DNA of 64,000 nucleotides, taken from Narcine bancroftii. Lineage: Eukaryota. The notes beneath the pieces were generated by a model, which worked only from the letters and a program-made list of their open reading frames with translations, was not told the DNA's origin and made no database searches. Location: the NCBI RefSeq assembly GCF_036971445.1, contig NC_091469.1, positions 5,456,001-5,520,000 of the forward strand, given 5' to 3'. Of the stretch, positions 1 to 10,360 are shown piece after piece; position 1 is the first letter of the stretch; every line of letters begins with the position of its first letter. The position numbers and the translations under genes were made by a program.

Positions 1-529
1 GAGGGAGGAGGAACAAGCAGAGAGTAAGGGCATAACAGATCAACCTGCTGGAGAAGAGAAGAGCAGGACGTTTGATCCGAGCAGGATTCTGTATCCACCA
101 AGTGTCTTCATGGAGTTCTCTTGTGTTCCCCTCACTGAGTAAAAATGCACAAGAAGACCATTTTTTAAAAAAAATCAAGCCTGCTGAACATTACTTTCAG
201 AGAATTGGGTCCTCAAAATGAATCAAGAACCATTTTCAGAGGAGCTGGTTCTTGGGTGAAGTGTTAAAGCCTCAAGCACCGTCACTAAAATATAGATTGT
301 CACATTACGATTTATGGGAGCTTTTCGTGCGCAGGTTTGTGCATCATTTCTGGAGTGAGTTCACTGGTCATAGTCTATAGATGCTGTTAAGGCATGAAGA
401 ACATTGTAGCAAGGCAAGCAATGTCATCGTTCTGCTTCCATGTCTGGAAGCTACGGCTCAAATACACTTTTCACTTTGTTGCTTGTCCGGCACGAGCAAG
501 GGATCCATAGTCAAAACTCAAATCAAGAT

Positions 530-740
530 GATCAGCAGAGTAGAAGCCCTGATTCCTCAGTGGGTTGTTGTGATCTGGAATGTGCTTGCCTGAAAAAATA
601 ATGGAAGGAGATTTGATTTCTCCTTTCAAAAGGAAATTGAAATCAGAAAAATGGCTAAGGCTAAGTTTGGGCAACGAATTGGGACGAGTTGAATCATTTC
701 CACCAAGTGCCAGAACAAGCATCATGGAGCAAATGAGCAC
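530..740 (+). mobile_element. Decayed CR1-like LINE 3' end fragment
   Basis: Resembles the CR1 ORF2 terminus and 3' UTR seen more completely at 50.9-51.2 kb; heavily diverged. Confidence 0.4.
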
Positions 741-744
741 AATG

Positions 745-870
745 GGGCAGAGAGATTGTGCAAACTCCTTGCAGTCTCAGGGAGAGTGTGCAAACTCCAC
801 AGAGGCAGCAGGTGAAGTCAAGCTTGACCCCGTGTTGTTGGACCAATGATTCAGCTGTGCTACTGTGCAG
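745..870 (-). mobile_element. Decayed tRNA-derived V-SINE-like fragment
   Basis: GGGAGAGTGTGCAAACTCCACAGA core resembles the other SINE copies in the window (e.g. near 59110). Confidence 0.5.
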
Positions 871-1929
871 TGGTCTCCAAGCAAGTGGAAATTCTGAGAC
901 ATTGTTCTGCACTTTAAAGGCACTGCTGGAGTGATCGTCATGACTCAGTGACGGGAGGGGGGGTGGTGTCCATGAAGCACAAGAGTATGTACAGCCTGGC
1001 ATCAAGAGGCCAGGCGAACTGGGGGAATGGAGTCTACACCAAAAGTCATTCCATTACTCTGGAGGATTCCACCCATTTCCACAACTTCCAGACTGAGTTG
1101 ATCTGTGATTTGAGTGAGAACTTTCATCAGAACCATAGATCCGTTCACAATCCCTCTGGCCTCTGGAAGATGAAGACTTATAAAGCTCCGTTCACACGTT
1201 CACAACCATGGGTTATCCGAAAGAGCCAAGGAGGTACTTTTGAAGAGCAATGTAATGTGGGGGCATGAGGCATCCAGAGATGCACAGAAATGCCCGACCA
1301 ACTGCAGATGGATCAAAATAAACGAATACAATTTCCTCCCACAACCCTTGAGGCGATCAAACCTATCCCAGGAGGAAGGAGGAAGTGGTAACGCAACAGC
1401 AACCTCCCTCCCAGTACTTCCCAATGTCATCCACCCTCAGCAAGTTTTAAAGGGCAGCGGTGTGTTTGTACTCGGCGGGGTCGCAAACACTCGAATGCAG
1501 GCACACAGCCACTCTGTGTTTGCCTTTACCACGTTCCCGTCCAGCCTGCCTCGCTGTTTTATTGTCCCTCTTTAACACTGAACCTTCCTTCCGTCTTAAA
1601 ATAATAGCGAGGGAGGGGGTGGGGAGAGAAAAAGGAAGAGCCTAGAAAAGAAACGAGAGAATTAAATCTAGAAAATGAAGAGATGGGGACAAAGAGATGA
1701 GAGAAAAGGAAGAGAAATATGGGCAGCCAGAAAGAGACGTGCAAAGTCAAATGAAAGATCGGACTGAGAATTAGAGAAATGGGGTCGAGGGAGGATTTCT
1801 TTTTCGCAGTTTTTACTCCAACCAGGACTCAGGGGAAAAAAATTGTTTACAGAGAAAAGGGTTGAAAATTAAAGGGGGACGAGGTAAGAGACAAAAAAGG
1901 TTGATATGGCATGGACTGAGACTCGAGTG

Positions 1930-2520
1930 AGGAGAGATGGTTGCCTCGACTCGTGGTTGATTTGCGTTATGAAGACATGTTCGAGGACGATACAATGTTA
2001 CTGATTTGAGCATTGCTTCTCTCGTTTTAAATAAGTTAAGCGTCTTCCTCCGATCGGCCCAAGTAAACGTTCCCTCCACTCGTCCAGAGTGCAACCTGGC
2101 CAGGTGGAGTGAAATAACGGGACACGATGTCAATCTGCTTCGTTCAGTGTCGCTTCACGAACCGCGGGGCAAGTTTACAAGGGGAAAAGTTTTCAGGAAC
2201 GAGAGCCCTTCAGTGGATCAACAGCGACATCTCCTGCTGGAGCCGCGATTAGCCAGAACCCCTCCTCCTTCAGCGCAGCCGCCAGGTGGGAGACGCCAGG
2301 TGGGAGCAGCGTGACGAACTCTCCGGAGTTGGAATTGAGCCTATGTGCCCCGGGTGCAGACTCGCAGCGCAACGCTGGCGGGGCGGGGGGGATGCGGCAC
2401 TGTCAGAGGTGATGTCTCGCGTGAGCTGCCGTCAGCTCGCCCAGGTGTGAAAGCCAGGGCACACCGAGCAAGGACAGACAGAGAACATCAAGTGCCCCGG
2501 AGCCCCACGGAAATCCCTGG
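1930..2520. promoter_or_regulatory. CpG-rich promoter-like or enhancer-like island, target unassigned
   Basis: Locally high CpG; GC box GGCGGGGCGGGGGG near 2377-2391; several CAGGTG E-boxes; not recognisable as a TE. Confidence 0.45.
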
Positions 2521-2589
2521 TATGGAAACGGAACCTTCTAGAACATTCAGGAGGTCAAAAACAGCCTTGGCTGGAGAAACAAAGGCAAG

Positions 2590-3150
2590 AAACGAGCAAA
2601 AGCACGAAATGCTGGAGAAACACAGCAGAACCTTTATAGAGCAAAGGTAAAAAATACATAACCGAGTTTCAGGCTTGAGCCCTTCATCAAGATTTGGACA
2701 AAATGTCAGCAGGCGTCTGAACTAAAGAGTAGGGGAGGTGTGGTCGCAAGGGTCGAGAAGGGAGGGAGGGAACAGCAGTGATTAGGGGGAGGAGGGATGC
2801 ATCCTGTGCTCCCTTTGTGAACTTCTCTGCATCAAAGAGACTGGGTGCAGACTGGGAAATTGCTTCACTGTGCATTTTCGCTCCTTCCGCACCAGTAACA
2901 GAGATCTCCCATACTCACATGTCTGTCCATGGCCTTATGTACTATCCCATCCTAACCACCTGCAAATTGGAGGAACAACACCTGATTTTCCATCTGGGCA
3001 CTCTCCAGCCAGATGGCATCAACATTGACTTTTCTGGTTTCTGCTAGCCTGCTCTGCTCTTCCCCCTCCCTTCCCCCTCACTGCACCAAGCCATCCCTCC
3101 TCCCCTTGCTCACTGCTGTTCCCTGTCTGTCTTCTCCATCTATCACCTCT
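2590..3150. mobile_element. Penelope-like element fragment (GIY-YIG C-terminus plus inverted pseudo-LTR)
   Basis: Track ORF 2778..3047 ends CKLEEQHLIFHLGTLQPDGINIDF, a peptide typical of PLE ORF ends; related to copies at 30.9-31.3 kb and 35.2-35.4 kb. Confidence 0.7.
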
Positions 3151-4479
3151 AACTAGTTGCAAAACTCAGAATGTGAAAGTATATAGAAATGGGAATCATC
3201 AGTGGAGTGTGAAAGGATGAATTTTAATATCTGGCAGTGGATATGTTTGGCAACTCACTACAAATCCATCAGCTGCCAAATGTAACCAAACATAATGTTG
3301 GGCAGTGACCAGGAGATGCAGAATATATATCAGTCCAAATGAGTAAAATTCAAAATTAAACTAAAAGCTAATATGAGAGAGGTGTAGCAACAATTCTTGA
3401 GTTGAACTCTGAGCTCCACTGAAGCGTGGCAGGAGAGGGTCAGGAGCTGCTGTCTTAGCTGGTGCTAAAGACTGCAGCTTTGCACCTGCTCCCCTGAGAC
3501 ACTTGATGAAAGGTTTTCTTCACTTGAGCCTTGCTGCTTCTTGGCAAACTCCAGGGAAAGTTTTGAGGAGATTACTGCCAAAGTTGTCAACTTTGGTGTT
3601 GGGTTTCACCACTCTTAGATCTGCCTTCTTGCTAACTTCCAGTCAATGGGTCTCTGAGTGAACCTTGGGATGGGCCCTGCTTAGTCAGCAAGACCACGAC
3701 AACGGAAGACTAAATGGACAACAGGCTGCTCCCAACCCTGTGACAGAACGCAGGAGGTTACATGTATGTACAGTGGGATGAACAGAGGCAAATTCCTAGT
3801 CATACCTGGCAGTCAGAAGCTCAGGGTTTCAAGCTGCAGTCAGTGATGATAGCAGATCACCAACCTCGAATGTACCTGGTGAACACCCTTTGTTACTATC
3901 TCTACACTGCAGGATTATTTCACAGCTCACCGGGGCATCTGGCTGGCACATTCACCAAGTTTGTTGCTGATGAGGTCAGACAGAATGAAAAGCCCTCAGC
4001 TTTGCAGTTCTGATCACGCTGGAGAGTCACAGGGTTTAAAAGTAGTCTGGAGAAACTTTTCCAGTTCACTAACATTCAATTAGTTTGCCAACATGGTAAA
4101 GTTCTTCTCCAGGTGTGTGCAAGATGGCAAGGCTCAGCTGCAGGGTGGCACTCTCCCTAAGGAATGGAACAGTGTATTACAGCTCAGAAACAGAACCTTC
4201 AGCCTTGCCGACTACCAAGTACCCATGTATACTAATTTACTAGTACTTGATAGTCTTGGTAGGCTTCTATCCTTGGAAATTCAAATGCTTACCCAAATAG
4301 TTCTATGCTGTGAGTGTACCGGTACCTGTCTCCATCAGTCATTCAGTTAATGCATTCCAGATACCTCCATGAAGACTAGGTGTTGGTTGATGAAGTCAAA
4401 GGAGACCTACTACAAACATAGCTGATGACGCTAGTGATAAGTCCAGGCAATGAGGCACAGTAATTCTACAGTAAAATAC

Positions 4480-4692
4480 ATCCATATTACCCCACCAGCC
4501 TGTGCCACCCAAATACACCAATAAACCTACAAACCTACATTTTTATTGGAGGGTGGGAGGAAACAAGAGCACCCGGAGGAAACCCACACAGACATGGGGA
4601 GAACTAACTAACTCGTTAAAGACAGTGCTGGATTTTAATCCGGGTCGCTAGTGGTGTAACAGCATTGGACTAACCGCTACGCTAACTGTGCC
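4480..4692 (-). mobile_element. tRNA-derived SINE (V-SINE-like)
   Basis: Minus strand has an A-box-like TAGCGTAGCGG and a B-box-like GGATTAAAATCC; homologous to copies at 54.0 and 58.2 kb. Confidence 0.7.
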
Positions 4693-5080
4693 ACCTGACT
4701 TGTTATCAACCAACCCACTGAAACACTGTAAGTGTATTTCATATTTCTGGCACATCCTCCGCTATCTAATAGTCTGGTTAACAAGAATGAAGATGATCTG
4801 CTACACATTCCACTGCATGGCCATGCACAGCATGGAACACACATGCCACAGAAGACCCTCCATCCTCAAGAGGCCAGAAGAGGACAATGACTTAGAGAGG
4901 GTTGAAGAAGAAAAGTTTGATGCTACTAGGGATGCCTAGGTTGCATTCATGGGTCTTGTGAGCCTCCATTGTGCATTCTGATGGTAACCTTTCTCTCCCT
5001 CACCCCTTGCCACCAATATAAGTTCAAGTTCATTTATCATCTGATTATACAATCTGATTATATATCATCTGATATATTAT

Positions 5081-6056
5081 AGTTGCCCATTCAGAGCCAG
5101 CTCTTCAGCGCTTGACGTCCTGCTTTGCGGAAACTGCCAAAATGTTTGGCCTGGAAGTCAGCCTGAAGAAAACTGAGGTCCTCCATCAGCCAGCTCCCCA
5201 CCATGACTACCAGCCCCCCCACATCTCCATCGGGCACACAAAACTCAAAACGGTCAACCAGTTTACCTATCTCGGCTGCACCATTTCATCAGATGCAAGG
5301 ATCGACAACGAGATAGACAACAGACTCGCCAAGGCAAATAGCGCCTTTGGAAGACTACACAAAAGAGTCTGGAAAAACAACCAACTGAAAAACCTCACAA
5401 AGATAAGCGTATACAGAGCCGTTGTCATACCCACACTCCTGTTCGGCTCCGAATCATGGGTCCTCTACCGGCACCACCTACGGCTCCTAGAACGCTTCCA
5501 CCAGCGTTGTCTCCGCTCCATCCTCAACATCCATTGGAGCGCTCACACCCCTAACGTCGAGGTACTCGAGATGGCAGAGGTCGACAGCATCGAGTCCACG
5601 CTGCTGAAGATCCAGCTGCGCTGGATGGGTCACGTCTCCAGAATGGAGGACCATCGCCTTCCCAAGATCGTATTATATGGCGAGCTCTCCACTGGCCACC
5701 GTGACAGAGGTGCACCAAAGAAAAGGTACAAGGACTGCCTAAAGAAATCTCTTGGTGCCTGCCCCATTGACCACCGCCAGTGGGCTGATAACGCCTCAAA
5801 CCGTGCATCTTGGCGCCTCACAGTTTGGCGGGCAGCAGCCTCCTTTGAAGAAGACCGCAGAGCCCACCTCACTGACAAAAGGCAAAGGAGGAAAAACCCA
5901 ACACCCAACCCCAACCAACCAATTTTCCCTTGCAACCGCTGCAATCGTGTCTGCCTGTCCCGCATCGGACTGGTCAGCCACAAACGAGCCTGCAGCTGAC
6001 GTGGACTTTTTACCCCCTCCATAAATCTTCGTCCGCGAAGCCAAGCCAAAGAAGAT
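5081..6056 (+). mobile_element. 5'-truncated RTE-clade non-LTR retrotransposon with an uninterrupted ORF remnant (5082..5999)
   Basis: RT C-terminal motifs (FGLEVSLKKTEV, FTYLG, LRWMGHVSRM, PKIVLYGEL) and terminal zinc finger CNRC...LVSHKRAC; short 3' UTR ending in GCCAA/AAG repeats; possible ATACAA TSD. Confidence 0.9.
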
Positions 6057-6269
6057 ACAAGTACAATGTGGCAAAACAGCATTCTCCGGTCTTCAGTGCA
6101 AACATACCAACGGACATAACACATATGATACAAATGCACAGTACCTACATACAAATATTAAAATTAATAAATCATATTAATAGTTGAGTCATGGAGGGTC
6201 AAGGAGGGTTTGCAACAGTCTCACTGTTGGGAAGAACACCTTCTGCCATCAGACTTCAGAATGGACAAT

Positions 6270-6410
6270 GAACCACAGGTTCTCCCACAACTTGATGAAG
6301 GGCTCAGGCCCAAAACGTCGATGATGCATCTTCACCTTTGCGACATAAAGGCACTCTTGGACCTGCTGAGTTTCTCCGGCATTTGTGTGTGTTTTTTTTC
6401 AATTCAACCA
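6270..6410 (+). mobile_element. Penelope-like pseudo-LTR fragment with hammerhead-like motif
   Basis: CTTGATGAAGGGCTCAGGCCCAAAACGTCG ... GACCTGCTGAGTTTCTCCGGCATTTG, shared with other PLE ends in the window. Confidence 0.65.
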
Positions 6411-6839
6411 CAGAAGCTACCTCACTTTTTCTCTTACACTATTTTTAAAATTTATGTTATTGACAGCAATTTTTGTACCTGTAATGCATCCACAAAACCA
6501 CGAATTTTGTGACGCCTGTTCATGACAATAAACTGGATCCTGAATGAACTATTTCAGTCTGTAAACGATCTGGCCAGTTTTGGATGAATGGTCATCAGCT
6601 TGCATCACTGATTCAATTCTTCCCCTTCCCGTTGATGCTTCTTGATGCCTTGCAGCATTTTGTTGGCGCAGACCCATTGTTTGAATGGCTTTGGCTAATG
6701 GTCTTAAATTGCTTTTGTTTTTGTTCATTGTGTCACTTTTTTGGGCGAGATGACTGCAGAGAATCAGGGCCAAGTTGCTGGAGGAACTCAGCTGGGCGAG
6801 CAGCCTGAGTGGGGGAGAAAAGGGTTCGCCCTGCTTCCA

Positions 6840-6965
6840 GGCACCAAGACGTCCAACCGGGGACAACGAGCACGAGGCGGAACGAAGTCCCCCGGAACCT
6901 TTGTGCTGAGGTGGCGGAAGTGTGTTGGGCCGGTCGGATTGGATGGTGCGTGTCCAGTGGAGGAG
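6840..6965 (+). promoter_or_regulatory. Probable ASB6 CpG-rich promoter and non-coding exon 1
   Basis: CpG-rich patch at about 6840-7140; ETS/GABP-like GGCGGAAGTG at 6913-6922; consensus donor GAG|GTGAGT at 6965/6966. The ATG exon has an acceptor at 17921-17922 and needs an upstream exon. The link to ASB6 is inferred. Confidence 0.6.
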
Positions 6966-7199
6966 GTGAGTGAGGTGGGCCGTGGAAGGGGGGGTGCCGG
7001 CGGCGGGTGGCGGTCAGGCCATTGGGTGGGAAGAAATGGTCGGAGACGTGCCTGGATCTCGAAGGGTGACGCTGAGTTTCGGACACGGAGGAAGTGAATC
7101 GTCAATGACAAAGAATATTTCGAGAAATCGCCTCGAATCCAATCATCCTCCCCCACACAATAGTGGGTGGGATTCTATTTTTATTAAATTTACTAACTA

Positions 7200-7590
7200 T
7201 TGCAGGTAAATCACCTCGCTATATGCTTGTACGGGCACACGACCCCAATTTTCCCTGGTTGCAAGTAACTCCCGATGACATTAGGTGGCCAATTGCCCCG
7301 CATGTAAAGCCGCAGGTTTAGGCAATAGGCGGCTGTTTTGAGGCCACCTGAATGTGCAGCAGGTGCTCTTGAGGCGAGCTAGGTCACCCTCCTCCGAGAG
7401 GGATGCTCAGCTCAGTGGCTGCCCCGGCCACCTGAACGCAGCTGGCTGAAAGCGGACGTTAAAGGGTCGGGACACAGCTGACACTGGGCAGGAGCCGCAT
7501 TGCGCTCAAGAGCCGCCTCCTGTGCAGCTGCGTCCTGCAGGTGGCCAGCGTTGCGCTTTAAACGCTGCCACCTGAACGGCAGTTTAAAGG
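7200..7590. mobile_element. Possible non-autonomous DNA transposon (MITE-like) fragment
   Basis: GC-rich, with recurrent GCCACCTGAA / CAGGTGGC motifs in both orientations; termini not resolved. Confidence 0.35.
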
Positions 7591-7699
7591 GCCGCTTCTG
7601 CTTCTTCATATAAAAAGCCTATTGAGGAGGCACGGTTTAAGTTACAAAATCATCCTGTAGTTTAAACAAAGATAAATACTTTTAAAAATTGGGTGTGTG

Positions 7700-9800
7700 A
7701 GCAATTACTGCACAGAAACAGGCCCCTTTGGCCCTTCTGGTCTGTGCTGAACCTTTTTTTTGTTGCATAGTCCCTCCATACCCCTCCCATCCATCTACCT
7801 GTCCAAATGCTTAAAGGTTAAAATTGAGCCTCCATTCACCACTTCAGCTGGCAGATCGTTCCACACTCCCACCACTCTCTGGGTGTGAAGAAATTCCCCC
7901 TCATGTTCCGATTTCACTCTTTACCCATGTCCTCTGGTTCCCTGTGCCTGCTAACTGTGCCTTTAATCCTGACAAACTCAACTCTCAAAATTTCACCTTT
8001 GAAGGTCCTCCACTTACCTTGCACATCCTTGCCCGAAAACAACATCCCAATCCACGCAATCTAGACCTTTTCTCATTTCCTCAGAATTGGGCCTTTCTCC
8101 AATTTAGGATCTCAACCTGAGGCCCAGACCTACCCTTCTTCATAATTAACGAAACGAATGGCAATATGTTCACTGGACACAAAAGGTTCCCCTACACTTA
8201 CTTCTGTCACCTGTCCTGTCTCGTGCCCTAATAAGAGATCCAGTATGGCACTCTCTCGAGTTGATACCTCTATTATTGATTTAGAAAATTTTCCTGAACA
8301 TATATGACAAACTCCAAGCCATCCAGCCCTTTTACAGTATGGGAGTACCAGTCAATATGTGGAAAATTAAAATCTCCTACTACCACGACCTTGTTCCTGC
8401 AGCTGTCTGCTATCTCTCATCAGATTAGGTCCTCCAATTCTCGTTGACTATTGGGTGGTCTATAATACTACCCCATGAGTGTGGTCATACCTTTCCATCA
8501 GCTCCACCCAGATAGCCTCAGTAGACAAGCCCTCTGGTCTATCCTGCCTGAGCACAGCTGTGATATTTTCCCTGATGAGCAATGCCACTCCTCCCACTTT
8601 CATCCCTCCTGTGATATTGCATCTAAAGCAATGGAAGCCTGGAACATTGAGCTGCCAGTCCTGCCCCTCCTGCCTTTCCTACAATACTCCTTGCATTAAA
8701 ATAGATGCACCTGAGAACATTTCCACCATGTATAACCTGTTGACTTCTAACGGTGCATGCAATTTTCACATAATCTTTTCCCTCCTCCACTCCTCTATTT
8801 GCTCTGGTACTCTGGATCTCATCACCCACAAGCCCCCCCCCCCCCCCCCACCACAGCAAATCTAGCTTAAACCCACTGGAGCAGCACTAGCAAATCTTCC
8901 CACAAGGATATTAGTCCTCCTCCAGTTCAGATGCAAACCGTCCTGTCAGAACATGTCCCATTGTTCCTGGAAGAGAACCCAATTATCCAGAATCCTGAAG
9001 CCCTCCCTCCTGCACCCTGTCTTAAGCCACATGTTAAGCTACATTATCCTCCTATTTCTAACTTCACTAGCATGTGTCACAGGTAGCAATCCTGAGATTA
9101 CAACCCTGGAAGTTCTATCCTTCAACCTAGCACCTAGCTCCCTGAACTCTCCTTGCAGGACCTCCTCACCCTTCCTACCCATGTAATTTGTCCCTATATG
9201 AACCACAACATCTGGCTGCTCACCCTCCCTCCTGAGAATGCCATGAATTCAGTCTGAAATACCTCAGACCTGGCTCCAGGGAGGCAACATACCACCTGCG
9301 ATACTCTATCTCTTCCACAGAACCTCTTATCTGTCCCCCAACTATGGAATCCCCTGTCACTACAGCTTGCCTCTTCTCCCTTACTTTCTTAGCCGCAGGA
9401 CCAAACTCCATACCAGAGACCTGATTGCCATGGCTTGTCCCTGGTAGTTTTCCCTCGCCCCAACAGTACCCAAAATGGTATACTTGTTATTGAGGGGAAT
9501 GGCCACAGGGGTGCCCTGCACTGCCTGCCTGTTGCCCTTCCCTCTCCCGACTGTCACCTATATACCCTCCTCCTCCTCCCTCCTAGGTGTAAGAGTGTCT
9601 CTGTAACTCCTATCTATCACTGCCTCTATCTCTCAAATGATCTGGAGTTCATCCAACTCCAGCTCCAATTCCTTAATGGCTTGTCAGGAGCTGCAGCTGG
9701 ATGCACTTCTTTCATATGAAGTTGTTAGAGATACTGCTGGCTTCTCTACGACCCACATTCTGCAAGAGGATCATTCCCTTCCTTGGCTGCCATTCTAATT
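7700..9800 (-). mobile_element. Decayed CR1 LINE with an internal deletion of most of the RT
   Basis: On the minus strand: ORF1 esterase-like motif AVVTGDSIV (track ORF 9220..9411), ORF2 start LRCIYFNARSIVGK (8623..8859), endonuclease remnants, then the CR1 3' end at 7700-7910 matching the tail of the 51-kb copy. Confidence 0.75.
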
Positions 9801-10360
9801 GTTTATGACTGCAGGAAAAAAAAATCTGATATCTAAAACCTGCTTAGGTGTGTCCCCTTAAGTTTTCTCCGGCGTACGGACGGCATGTTCAATTGGATTT
9901 AGATTGGATGACTGACCGCCATTTCAGAATTTTCCAGATTTTAGCTGAAAAACTCCATTGTTGCTTTAGCAGTATGTTTGGGATCATTATCTTGCTGTAA
10001 GATGAAGTGCCATCCAATGAGTTTGGAGTAATTTGCTCAAACATGAGCAGGTAAGAGGTTTCTATACACCTCAGAATTCATTTTGCTACTGCCATCAGCA
10101 GTTACTTTATTTTTTTTTTATTTTTATTTTTCACACCATAAACCACATTGACCATGATACATACATTTTCCTTTTCAAATATATACAGTGCCATTTTCTC
10201 CCCCCCCTCCTCCGATCCCACCCTCCCTACCTCCCCCCTATCCATTTAAAGTACAAAATCTAAGATACATTAAACCAGTCAAACAATGTTGTCATTCAAT
10301 AAAAATAAACAAGAAATTCCACTGAGTCAATTCTTTTCATTTCCTTCTCCTTTCGTTAAT

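Noticed and set aside
694-1005. Minus-strand ORF with a RING-H2-like pattern (CCLC...CAHLLHDAC..WW)
   Set aside because: It overlaps SINE and CR1 remnants, lacks the final CxxC pair and has no supporting splice structure; most likely coincidental.
4600-4692. tRNA gene
   Set aside because: The A/B boxes belong to a SINE head; there is no cloverleaf and homologous copies recur in the window.
5551-6187. Several overlapping ORFs on both strands
   Set aside because: Alternative-frame shadows of the GC-rich RTE ORF.
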